DNA of 37,518 nucleotides from an uncultured Gammaproteobacteria bacterium (GTDB taxonomy: Bacteria > Patescibacteriota > Microgenomatia > UBA8517), in assembly GCA_964423565.1 (NCBI GenBank), contig CAYREZ010000001.1, positions 976 to 38,493 on the forward strand. Direction: 5' to 3'. A program made the position numbers and the translations under genes. Under the pieces are notes generated by a model. The model ran no database searches and was not told the DNA's origin. It saw only the letters and a list, made by a program, of their open reading frames with translations. Shown here piece by piece: positions 24,688 through 33,976 of the stretch. Each line of letters begins with the position of its first letter. Position 1 is the stretch's first letter.

Positions 24688-26347
24688 ATACGGCAGTAAT
24701 AATCACTATCCCCAAACTTACTAAGCTGAAAAAGTCGCCAACCCTTCTCACAAAGCTATTTAATAAATTTGCGGCAATAAAGTGCTTACCACTCGGGATA
24801 TTAAAGCTAACCAAACCGTAATCGCCATAACCTGTCGTATCTACCTTATGATTATCAACCATTACGATCCAATTAGGATAGGTATAGGTCGGAATTGCAA
24901 CATATGCATTCTCAGAATTTACACCAACCTCATAAGTAAACCAATTACTCCCTCTCTTTATTTTCGATACATTAACGTCTCCGTAAATCACCTCTAAATT
25001 TTCTGTAGATACATTATCAGGCGCCCTCTTGGTAGTATTGGGTAGGTAATCGTAAATGCTTGCCGTAAGCTGTTTTTTCAAATTTACTCCGCTTAACTTC
25101 TGTCTGTCATTTATATAAAACCAGTCCTTAGGTTTAAAAAAAGGTAAATAAAGAGTTAGTGTAGTTATTATAATCAGAAGTCCGATATAAACTTGTTTAG
25201 GTTTTTGCAAACCTTTGAGTATAAAACCTGCTAGAAAAGATGCAGAAAAAACCGAAATCATAGCAAATCTCCAAGGAAATTGAAAGATGTCAAGTTTAAA
25301 TGCCTTCCAAACAAAGGTTGATTTTTCGTGAGTCAAAAACGATGCGGCAAGAAATGATGTAAATAAAAAAGTTCCTAATATTAGATTAACTTTTTGCTTT
25401 TTATGCATAATATAAATCGACATAAATCCTAATATCGCAACTATGCTGTGTATCACGCCTATCCCCAATAGGGCGTCGTCGGAAGGTCCCAGAATCGAGG
25501 GTCCGTATCCCCAGTTCAATGAAATAAAGATTTGCTTCAGATTTAAAAAATGTTGCAGATATCCAAAATAGCCTGAAGTTAAAGTCTCTATATGCACCAA
25601 ATTCCTCTCAAATATAAGCGGCAATATAAAAAAGGATGATAACCCCAACCCAAGCAAGAAAAAGAGTATTGCGTTTCTGATCATTTTAATTTGACTTCTG
25701 CCAAATATAAGTCTTAGAGATATCCAAACAGTAAAAATCGGCAAAAACATAACTATTGTAATATTATGAGAAATAAAAAAACTAAAAACGGCTAAGCTGA
25801 ATATTATACCGGACTTTATACTCCTGTGTTTGTAGAAATTTTCGAAACTTGAAAAAAGGAAGGCAACAATTGCCATTCCCCACGCTTCACCCATAGAACC
25901 ACGCACATAAATCGATGATGCCCTATACGGTACAAATATATAGAGAGAAGTGGTAACAATAGAAATCCATTTATTAAAAAAGTTTTTACTAAAACAATAA
26001 AAAAATATTGCAGACAAAAGCACGCTCAAAATAAAACCGGTTTTAACACTTGCTATAAATGAAAACCCGATTAAGTGAATAACTTCCATAATATAATAAG
26101 GAAGTGGGGCATAATAAATATAGAGAGGGTAACCATAACCTAAGCCTAAATCCGGAACCCATCTGCACGGTATTTGAAAATCCCTGAAGCACTTATCCAT
26201 CTGCCACACCCTAGCAACTTGCATATCATCGTACATAGTGAAGAAACCGTTTCTTACAAGTGCAAAAGTCGCGAAAGCTGTAATAATGAATATTGCAAAT
26301 ATCACCACTATCCGGTTACTTTCTATCCTTCTAAGGATTTCTTTCAT
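24653..26347 (-). CDS. large polytopic membrane protein, GT-C-like (PTPS-related / YfhO-like class), tandem paralogue 2
   Basis: 564 aa, the same length and architecture as the neighbour. Contains MYDDMQVARVWQMDKCFRDFQIPCRWVPDLGLGYGYPLYIYYAPLPYYIME. 35-nt overlap with the downstream paralogue. Confidence 0.55.
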   Translation of the reverse strand: MKEILRRIESNRIVVIFAIFIITAFATFALVRNGFFTMYDDMQVARVWQMDKCFRDFQIPCRWVPDLGLGYGYPLYIYYAPLPYYIMEVIHLIGFSFIASVKTGFILSVLLSAIFFYCFSKNFFNKWISIVTTSLYIFVPYRASSIYVRGSMGEAWGMAIVAFLFSSFENFYKHRSIKSGIIFSLAVFSFFISHNITIVMFLPIFTVWISLRLIFGRSQIKMIRNAILFFLLGLGLSSFFILPLIFERNLVHIETLTSGYFGYLQHFLNLKQIFISLNWGYGPSILGPSDDALLGIGVIHSIVAILGFMSIYIMHKKQKVNLILGTFLFTSFLAASFLTHEKSTFVWKAFKLDIFQFPWRFAMISVFSASFLAGFILKGLQKPKQVYIGLLIIITTLTLYLPFFKPKDWFYINDRQKLSGVNLKKQLTASIYDYLPNTTKRAPDNVSTENLEVIYGDVNVSKIKRGSNWFTYEVGVNSENAYVAIPTYTYPNWIVMVDNHKVDTTGYGDYGLVSFNIPSGKHFIAANLLNSFVRRVGDFFSLVSLGIVIITAVYEKLNKKDISL

Positions 26348-26353
26348 AAATAA

Positions 26354-28051
26354 CTATTTAAGGGGGGTTTGTACAATATATATCGCAGGGTCACCATTTG
26401 GATAATAAATTACATGATCAGGTATTATATTCTTAAATTCTTCTGGTTTTCCTGCCATCACGATTCCTTCTTCTTTACCATATTTTAAAAGATCTATATC
26501 CCCGAAAACATAATTTTCGAGTTCCCATTTCGGCATTTGGTCGACCCATCCCAAACCAAGCTTTCGATAATTCCACTCCTTTGCATACTTTTGATAACTT
26601 GAGGGTTCCATACGGTTTGCAAAAGCTATAAAAATATTCGGTTCAGAAAGAGTTCTGCTCACAATAATTTGCTTACTTTGCGCATTCGTATTTAGCCACT
26701 GAGCGGCCTTTAAGCTCCCATAAAGCATATCTTTAGAAGATTTTTGAGGGGAAACCAAAAAATAATCTAATAGAAAATATATAAAAATTAAAGTAGATGC
26801 AAATATGTAGGAAACATATACTAACTTCTTATATTTAAAGTCTGCAATATAGTTAACAACTTGAAGCAAACCGAATGCAAGCAAAATTTGGATTGATGGC
26901 AGTTGAATTACTGCCCTATTAGCCGCATAACCCGGACCGAGTGATAAAGCGGCAGGAATTGGCGCAATAAAAAACCAAAATAATATTAACTTAAAAAGTT
27001 TATTAACTCGAGCTTTTGTAATAAATAGAAAAAACCCTAGCAACAGTGGCAGTTCGAACCAATACAAAACTCCCCTACCCGGAATCATGCCGTAGGTAGC
27101 TTCAGCAGGACCCTGAAAAAAATAGTACTGGGGTGAAAAGTAGGATACATAGTTGGCAGTAAAATGCCTTAAACCCATGACAAACTTATTAAAAAATAAC
27201 CTTCCGGTGAAAGGATCCATACCCATATTAATGGCTTTTATTCGCTCAGAGGATGCCTCCATAAGTGAAAGCTTGAATATGCTTACATCCAAAATGCGGG
27301 TTGATGATCCGGACATAAGAGTCCAAAAAAATGCAGCTGCAAAAATTAATGCAATAAATATACTGATCTTATGATATTTCCCGAAATTTCTAAAAACCTC
27401 TTTCCTGAAAATTACCAGCGCAAAAATAAAAACAAGCGGAGTAATTAATTTAGCGGAATGGTAGCTGAAAATGTTTAATCCCGCTAAAATTACCGAGTAC
27501 GTAAAATATTTTGGGTTATTTAACCCCTTAAGAAACAGATAAATTGCTAGTGGAAGAAAAAACGTTGTTAGGTTTGCCTCAAACGCTCCCCTGCTCATCA
27601 TTATGTGCCAGGGTGAAATCGCAAGTAGAAATGCTGCGACATATTCTATATTTCCAATTCCAATATTCTTTAATGCTTTTGAAGGTGTCTCACTTAACCC
27701 GAGATATTTCCCGTAGGATTTAGAAACTAATCGGGTTAACAGAAAAGTCACGTAAATCGCAAGAGTTCCCGACAGTGCGTTTGGTAGCCTGGTCGCGACT
27801 TTATTAAGTCCCAATAATCCAATAGATGGAATAGTAAGATACGCATATAACGGAGATTTGAAATCTCCTGCAGACTCTAGCGTCAAAGGAAAACTTTTTC
27901 CCCATTGATCTTTGCCTGTTTTTAAAAGTGAATAGGCATCATATCCGAACGAAGACTCGTCCGGTGTAAATCCGACAGGATACTTATCAAGAGATGTTAC
28001 ACGTAGAAGCAGTCCCAGTAATAAAATAACCGCAAGTAAATAGCGTTTCAT
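26354..28051 (-). CDS. ArnT/PMT_2-like GT-C glycosyltransferase, paralogue D (intact)
   Basis: 565 aa. Contains TPDESSFGYDAYSLLKTGKDQWG and SPWHIMMSRGAFEAN. The variable loop is ...KYLGLSETPSKALKNIGIGNIEY... Confidence 0.85.
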   Translation of the reverse strand: MKRYLLAVILLLGLLLRVTSLDKYPVGFTPDESSFGYDAYSLLKTGKDQWGKSFPLTLESAGDFKSPLYAYLTIPSIGLLGLNKVATRLPNALSGTLAIYVTFLLTRLVSKSYGKYLGLSETPSKALKNIGIGNIEYVAAFLLAISPWHIMMSRGAFEANLTTFFLPLAIYLFLKGLNNPKYFTYSVILAGLNIFSYHSAKLITPLVFIFALVIFRKEVFRNFGKYHKISIFIALIFAAAFFWTLMSGSSTRILDVSIFKLSLMEASSERIKAINMGMDPFTGRLFFNKFVMGLRHFTANYVSYFSPQYYFFQGPAEATYGMIPGRGVLYWFELPLLLGFFLFITKARVNKLFKLILFWFFIAPIPAALSLGPGYAANRAVIQLPSIQILLAFGLLQVVNYIADFKYKKLVYVSYIFASTLIFIYFLLDYFLVSPQKSSKDMLYGSLKAAQWLNTNAQSKQIIVSRTLSEPNIFIAFANRMEPSSYQKYAKEWNYRKLGLGWVDQMPKWELENYVFGDIDLLKYGKEEGIVMAGKPEEFKNIIPDHVIYYPNGDPAIYIVQTPLK

Positions 28052-28059
28052 AAGTTAAA

Positions 28060-29376
28060 TTATAACTTTGCCCTTATCATTTGTCGAAGATATAGTCGAT
28101 AAAAATAAATAAAGATAATAAAATTCACAAAACCTAATAGTCTCGGAGTAAGTCTGTCCTGATAGGCTAAAAAGGAAACTAAAATTGCTAATTTTGGCAC
28201 CCACCAGAAATTATAGAGGTTTAGAAGCGATATCAGTGAAACTGAAATATAAACCCAAATTAATTTTACGTGCTTTATGGTTAAAATTGTCAGTACCGGA
28301 AATAGCGGATAAAGATATCTCTCGTGCATGTTGGGAAGTAGCATAAAAGAAGAAAAAGCAGCGATTGTTAAAGTCCATATTAGTGAATTGTGACTGCTTT
28401 TTTTATACAATAAATACAGCGCGGGAAAATACGCTAGTGAAAATAAAATAAATCCCCAAGTTTTATACATTAAAGGCCCTAGATATTGTGTGTATGACCT
28501 TAAATGAATCGTTGCTATAGTTGCCCATATATTAAACGCGTTTGCTGTAATAAGGTGCTGTTGTTGCACATATACTTTATCGATATATAGTTTATACAAC
28601 CACGAATATGGTTCACCATGGGAAAAGGGTAGCGTAAAGATTCCGATCAGCATAAAAGAAATCAATATTGATCTTAATAGATTGAAAAAAGAGTATTTTT
28701 GTTTTAGTAAGTAAACCAAATATATAGGTAAGAATATTACCAAAGACAGTTTTATAAATAAGCACAAAGCTAGTGCGATGAGAGAAAATGTCAACCTCTT
28801 TTTTATTAGTAGATAAAACGAAAGCAGCGCGAAGAAATTAATTATAGAATCATATTGCCCCCAAACAGACGACGTATACCAAATAACCGGATTGTATAAA
28901 AAAACTACAAGTCCCAGTCTACTTACTATTTTAGCCCTATTCCCCTTTAATAAGATTCTTAAGTATTTATAAAGCAAATAAGCTATTCCAAAGTCAGCAA
29001 TAATACCCGGTAATTTAACCACTGCAGGATAAAGATTATGTTCAAAATATGTAATTATTCCGGAAGGAAATGCGGGTATTTTAATATTAATGAACCAAAA
29101 AAAATTGAAAATTGACTCAAATAATTTCCTACTAAAAGCAAAAATATAAATAGTTCCCGGAGGCTGGTTTGGCCATGTATAGCTCCAGATATTGGATTCA
29201 GGAGCATAAAATTTTTCCGGGCCATATTCAAAATAACGAATACCCCAATCTAAATGATTATTAACATCGGGATGCCAGACTATAAAAGAAAAGGCCAGTC
29301 TGAAAACAAAAGCCGCGATGATTAAAAAGACAATATTTCTTTGTTTACCTAAAAGTTTAATTATTAACTCCTGCAT
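28060..29376 (-). CDS. GT-C fold membrane glycosyltransferase-like protein (DUF2029/GT87- or Gpi18-like)
   Basis: 438-aa polytopic protein. The first extracytoplasmic loop is HPDVNNHLDWGIRYFEYGPEKFY...YTWPNQPPGTIYIFAF, the Y-x-Y-P-P-type loop of mannosyltransferase-like GT-C families. The specific family is uncertain. Confidence 0.5.
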   Translation of the reverse strand: MQELIIKLLGKQRNIVFLIIAAFVFRLAFSFIVWHPDVNNHLDWGIRYFEYGPEKFYAPESNIWSYTWPNQPPGTIYIFAFSRKLFESIFNFFWFINIKIPAFPSGIITYFEHNLYPAVVKLPGIIADFGIAYLLYKYLRILLKGNRAKIVSRLGLVVFLYNPVIWYTSSVWGQYDSIINFFALLSFYLLIKKRLTFSLIALALCLFIKLSLVIFLPIYLVYLLKQKYSFFNLLRSILISFMLIGIFTLPFSHGEPYSWLYKLYIDKVYVQQQHLITANAFNIWATIATIHLRSYTQYLGPLMYKTWGFILFSLAYFPALYLLYKKSSHNSLIWTLTIAAFSSFMLLPNMHERYLYPLFPVLTILTIKHVKLIWVYISVSLISLLNLYNFWWVPKLAILVSFLAYQDRLTPRLLGFVNFIIFIYFYRLYLRQMIRAKL

Positions 29377-31060
29377 TATTTGCTGTAAAAATATAAAATA
29401 TCGGAATATTGGTCGGTGAACTGATAACTTTTAAAAGCTTTAGATTGGAATTATTAAATATACCCGGGTTTGTAACATCTTTCTCGCCATTTGCTATGAC
29501 CAAGGTTCCCGGAGTTGCCAGATTTTCGATAGGCTTTGCTAACTCACCAAAATAATATTTGTCAGCCAAACTGAAACCATTCACGCCGTTAATAATGTTA
29601 TCTTCATACCTATCACCGCTAAATTGTTTTTGGAAAAGCCTCATATCGTATTGGGAGTAAAATAAAAAGCGAGGAAGCATTGGCTCATAGGTGCTGTCAA
29701 AAATCACCTTTTGATAATCATTTTCATTTTCATTAACATATGAAACCGCCTCCTCAAAGCCGTATTGAAAGAAACGCCAACTTTCATTTTTCCAAATGAC
29801 AAAATACCTGTGTATAAATCGGGTAATATCCAATACAGCAACAGTGATAAAAATCGCAACCAAAACCTTTTTCTTGTAGCCTTTTGTGCTTTCTAGCAGT
29901 ACTTTAAAGCCAATGCCGGAAAGTATTACCAAAGGTATTACCATCAATATTAACCGGGAAGCGTGGGTACCACCGTCTTTTGTTAATGCAGATGCAAGTG
30001 GTGATATCGCAAGAAATGAAAAAACCAGCAGATATTTTTCATTAGCTTTTTCTTTCGCATTTTTGTAAAAAAGAAACCACAAGCCAAGAAAGATAAGCAC
30101 TATATCAAAATGATACATCTGCCCGAACCCCTCAATACTCTGACGCATGTTTGGGTCGCCTTCTGTAAAAAGAAAGCTTACCGAGAATGACTTGACGTAG
30201 TTTTTCAATACGACTTCAGTAGCAATAGTTTTTCTGTTATAAAATACACGCGTAAGAAAAGATTCTGACCACCTTCGCCTCGCAACGACTTCGCCCATTA
30301 AAAAATCTTCCTGAATTGCACTTATATTGGAAAATCTTTGTGACGAAATCCCTTTATACGTAAAGATAATATAGGGTAGAAGCAGTAATAATCCCAATAT
30401 TACTAAAAGTATTAACTTAATAGGCTGATACCTAAATACTCGTTTACGATAAATTACAATTAAAGAAAGGGCAAAAAGTGGAGTAAATACCGTCGCGATT
30501 GCATACGAATAAAAACTCATGGCAAATAGAAAAGTGGAAATAAGTAAATATTTATACTCTTTAATCCCCTTCAAAAAAAACAGCGTTCCGCCAATTATAA
30601 AAGGAAGAATTATCCCGGCATCATTTGCCTGTCTGCTAAAGTTAATATGCCACGGCGAAAAAGCCAAAAAGATTGTTGTAATGAGTGCAAGTTTTTTGTC
30701 AAAAAGTTCTTTAACCAAAAAATAAAACAGGAGCAAACTTAATAAGCCCATTATAAGTGATGGGGGGCGGACTCCGTATGCGTTTAAACCGACAAGTTTC
30801 ACAAACGGGGCATCCAAATAAAGCTGCATGGGTAAACGATATTCAGAAAATGAGTGAAACATTATCGGATACCTATTACCAAAATAGTCTTTCCCGGTTG
30901 TTGCGATAGAGTACGCCTGAAGCCCGACGTCAATTTCATCTCCAAACAGTGAAATCGGTGTACTATCTATTTTCCAAACCCTGATAAAAATTCCTACTAA
31001 AAGTAAAAAAACGAATATAAACAGTCCTAATCTTGCTTTTAAAATTTTTGATAGTTCCAC
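29357..31060 (-). CDS. ArnT/PMT_2-like GT-C glycosyltransferase, paralogue E (intact)
   Basis: 567 aa. Contains FGDEIDVGLQAYSIATTGKDYFG and SPWHINFSRQAND. The variable loop is short (KELFDKKLALITT). Confidence 0.85.
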   Translation of the reverse strand: MELSKILKARLGLFIFVFLLLVGIFIRVWKIDSTPISLFGDEIDVGLQAYSIATTGKDYFGNRYPIMFHSFSEYRLPMQLYLDAPFVKLVGLNAYGVRPPSLIMGLLSLLLFYFLVKELFDKKLALITTIFLAFSPWHINFSRQANDAGIILPFIIGGTLFFLKGIKEYKYLLISTFLFAMSFYSYAIATVFTPLFALSLIVIYRKRVFRYQPIKLILLVILGLLLLLPYIIFTYKGISSQRFSNISAIQEDFLMGEVVARRRWSESFLTRVFYNRKTIATEVVLKNYVKSFSVSFLFTEGDPNMRQSIEGFGQMYHFDIVLIFLGLWFLFYKNAKEKANEKYLLVFSFLAISPLASALTKDGGTHASRLILMVIPLVILSGIGFKVLLESTKGYKKKVLVAIFITVAVLDITRFIHRYFVIWKNESWRFFQYGFEEAVSYVNENENDYQKVIFDSTYEPMLPRFLFYSQYDMRLFQKQFSGDRYEDNIINGVNGFSLADKYYFGELAKPIENLATPGTLVIANGEKDVTNPGIFNNSNLKLLKVISSPTNIPIFYIFTANNAGVNN

Positions 31061-31120
31061 AGTTCAATTTTATCTTAATCGAGGATAAACAGCCATATGA
31101 AGTTTAGCGATTGACTGAAA

Positions 31121-32959
31121 TCAACTCCAATTATCCAGCCAAGCTGAAAAAATAACAAGTTGCCATATGGTTCCCGAATGGTTGGTCTCGGATTTTTGAT
31201 GTTCACCCCAAATTTTCAGCACTTTATTTTTTGAAACATAATCGTTAAGACGCCTACTTTTAAGTTTAGAATAGGCAAAATCTTTTAAATCACTCCTTAG
31301 CCATTTTTCTAGAGGAATTCCGAAGCCTTTTTTAGGCCTTCTTGCAACATCCGGAAGTCTATCTTGTAGAAGTTTTCTGAGTTGAATTTTGGTTTGCAAT
31401 AAATTCACATGTGGCTTTCTCGTAGAAAAGGCATAATTGAGAACATCATTATCAAGAAATGGAACCCTAACCTCGAGAGAGTTATACATTGCAGCCCTGT
31501 CAACCTTAAAGAAAAAATCATCAGGCAGATAAGTATTAAAATCAATTGACTGCCCTGTTATTGACGGACTAAGCTTTTTCCAATTGTCACTCTTAGAATT
31601 ATGTTTTCTATCATAAGTATTACCTAAAAATTCATTTCCCAAAAAAAACGTTCTCATCCAATAAAGATGTCTGTCTTGTGGATTTCCCTTTTTCATTCCA
31701 GACAATATAATTTTTGCTAATCTTTTTTTCGGATATTCTTTAAATGACGTGGGAATTAAGTCAAAAAATATATCAGGAATTGAATCGATTATGTTTCTCA
31801 AAACGTCGTATGTAAAGTTAGGTAAAAAATTTAAATATCTTGCCAAAATATGAGCTTGATATATTGGATATCCTCCAAATAGTTCATCTCCTCCGTCACC
31901 GGACAAAACTACTTTGACGTACTTTCGCGCAAGTTTGCTTACTTTGTATGTCGGAAATAGTGAAGCGTCAGCGAAAGGTTCGTCAAGTTTTGAAGAAATT
32001 TCGTCAAAAATACTTAAAACATCTTTTGGGGAAAATTCATCGCTGTGGTGTTCCGTCCCAAGCTTTTTAGCAACGTAGTACGCATGCTTTGATTCATCAA
32101 ACCCTTTCTCAGAAAATCCTATTGAAAAAGATTTCAATTTCTCATATTTTGAAATGTAACTTGCGATTATACTTGAATCGAGTCCTCCGCTTAAAAAGAC
32201 GCCAACAGGAACATCCGCAATTAATTGTTTCTCAACTGCTTTGTTTAATAGCATGTCCAATGAGGATTGTGGATAATCCTTTTTTGTTTTTATATCAAAG
32301 TATTTTTTTATCTTAATCCCGGATTTATCAAAAATAAGAATATTCCCAGGCTTCAACCTGAAAATATTTGAATAAATCGAAGAACTACCAAGAATGTAAC
32401 CCAAATAAAAAAACGAGCTCAAACCTGTACTATCTACTCCTTTCTTATAACCTGGGCATTCCAATATGGTTTTTGGTTCCGAACCGAAAAATAACTTTTT
32501 TCCAATAACACTGTAGTAAAGTGGTTTGATTCCTGAACGGTCTCGGGCAATAAACATTCGACGTTTTTTCTCATCCCAAATCGCGAATGCAAACATGCCA
32601 TTCAACTTTGCAACCATACCCTCTCCATATTCCTCATACAAATGAACCAAGACTTCGGTATCGCTTTTGGTTTTTAATTTATGACCTTTCCTCAATAAAT
32701 CGTCGCGAAGATTTTTATATCCGTAGATTTCTCCGTTAAATACAACTACCACGCTGCCGTCTTCATTTTTTATCGGCTGATCACCTGTTGATAAATCGAT
32801 AATACTTAGTCTGCGGATTCCGAGACCTGCTGATTTATCATCATTAACGTACTCACCTGAAGAATCCGGTCCGCGGTAAACGATTGCTTTAGTCATTTTT
32901 CCCAAAATATTGGGATCTACTTTACATTCATAATCAACATACCCCGTTATTCCACACAT
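31121..32959 (-). CDS. asnB: asparagine synthase (glutamine-hydrolysing)-type amidotransferase
   Basis: 612 aa. The N-terminal nucleophile is MCGITGY (Ntn glutaminase domain). The PP-loop is VGVFLSGGLDSS. The start overlaps the upstream stop by 1 nt (TAATG at 32957-32961). In a glycan locus it may amidate a sugar rather than make Asn. Confidence 0.85.
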   Translation of the reverse strand: MCGITGYVDYECKVDPNILGKMTKAIVYRGPDSSGEYVNDDKSAGLGIRRLSIIDLSTGDQPIKNEDGSVVVVFNGEIYGYKNLRDDLLRKGHKLKTKSDTEVLVHLYEEYGEGMVAKLNGMFAFAIWDEKKRRMFIARDRSGIKPLYYSVIGKKLFFGSEPKTILECPGYKKGVDSTGLSSFFYLGYILGSSSIYSNIFRLKPGNILIFDKSGIKIKKYFDIKTKKDYPQSSLDMLLNKAVEKQLIADVPVGVFLSGGLDSSIIASYISKYEKLKSFSIGFSEKGFDESKHAYYVAKKLGTEHHSDEFSPKDVLSIFDEISSKLDEPFADASLFPTYKVSKLARKYVKVVLSGDGGDELFGGYPIYQAHILARYLNFLPNFTYDVLRNIIDSIPDIFFDLIPTSFKEYPKKRLAKIILSGMKKGNPQDRHLYWMRTFFLGNEFLGNTYDRKHNSKSDNWKKLSPSITGQSIDFNTYLPDDFFFKVDRAAMYNSLEVRVPFLDNDVLNYAFSTRKPHVNLLQTKIQLRKLLQDRLPDVARRPKKGFGIPLEKWLRSDLKDFAYSKLKSRRLNDYVSKNKVLKIWGEHQKSETNHSGTIWQLVIFSAWLDNWS

Positions 32960-33918
32960 TATAAATTAGTAAAATGCTTAATCTCATATATCGATTTCTT
33001 TTGTGATTCAAAATAAGTACGTACCTGAAGTTCCGCAAGTAGCCCCATCATCATAAATTGTAGCCCGACCAGTCCGAAAAATATTGCAATTAGGAAAAGG
33101 GGATCTTTGTGCACGAACACGCCTAAAAATAGCTTTTTATAGGCAGATCCCAATAAAGCCAAAGTACTGATAAGAATACTACCCAATCCAAATGTTCCGA
33201 ATACATAAGCCGGACGAGTACCGTAGGAATTTAGAAATTTAACAGTAATGATGTCGATCACGGTTTTTATTATCCTATCAAAACCGTATTTCGATTTTCC
33301 TTGCTTCCTTTCGTGGTGTCTGACCACAATTTCAGAAACCCTAGCGCCTTTGAGATAGATCAATACCGGCATAATCCTATGAAGTTCGCCGTACAACTGC
33401 AAATCTTTTAAGAACTCTTTTTTTACAATCCTGGCAGAACATCCTACGTCGTGATAGGGATATGAAAAAACGAGATTTATTGATAGATTTGCAAGTTTGG
33501 AGAGAAATGACCTGAATGTTGCATCCAGTCTATCTTTCCTCCAGCCAAATACCGCATCATAATCCTTATTAATCTCATCCAAAAACTTATTTATGTCCTC
33601 CGGATCATTCTGTAGATCGGCATCCAAAAACGATATATATTTCCCATTTGCATGGTCAATTCCGGCAACAACCGCCGCGGTCTGACCGAAGTTTTTAGTA
33701 AACTCAACCAACACTACCCCAACCCCACCAGAGTTAATTTTCCTTATTTCAGCTTTTAATGTTTCGATTGATAAGTCGGTGCTTCCATCATTAATATATA
33801 TAATTTCTGAAGATACTTTAAGGGATTTTAAGACTTTTAAAAGGTTTTTGTGAAGAACCGGCAAGTTTTTTTCCTCGTTGTAAAAAGGCACAATTACTGA
33901 AAGCTCAACTTTTTGCAT
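32959..33918 (-). CDS. polyprenyl-phosphate glycosyltransferase, GT2 (GtrB/ArnC/DPM1-like) with two C-terminal TM helices
   Basis: 319 aa. Contains LSVIVPFYNEEKNLPVL...IIYINDGSTDLS...NFGQTAAVVAGIDHANGKYISFLDADLQNDP...RKQGKSKYG, followed by two C-terminal hydrophobic helices (AYVFGTFGLGSILISTLALL and LFLIAIFFGLVGLQFMMMGLL). This is the hallmark architecture of the bactoprenol-phosphate sugar transferase family. Confidence 0.85.
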   Translation of the reverse strand: MQKVELSVIVPFYNEEKNLPVLHKNLLKVLKSLKVSSEIIYINDGSTDLSIETLKAEIRKINSGGVGVVLVEFTKNFGQTAAVVAGIDHANGKYISFLDADLQNDPEDINKFLDEINKDYDAVFGWRKDRLDATFRSFLSKLANLSINLVFSYPYHDVGCSARIVKKEFLKDLQLYGELHRIMPVLIYLKGARVSEIVVRHHERKQGKSKYGFDRIIKTVIDIITVKFLNSYGTRPAYVFGTFGLGSILISTLALLGSAYKKLFLGVFVHKDPLFLIAIFFGLVGLQFMMMGLLAELQVRTYFESQKKSIYEIKHFTNL

Positions 33919-33976
33919 ATTTTAAAAATTATATCTTAAAACTTGACTAAAAGCATATGTATCTGGCAACTTTCTC

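Noticed and set aside
27650-27725. The loop of paralogue D (AAATCCTACGGGAAATATCTCGGGTTAAGTGAG...ATTGGAATTGGAAAT) resembles a diverged in-frame copy of the element.
   Set aside because: The similarity is patchy (AAATCC, CTCGGG, GTGAG and the ATTGGAAT repeat) and needs several indels. It may simply mean that the ATTGG-repeat loop is native to this protein family. It is mentioned under the findings but not called as a feature.
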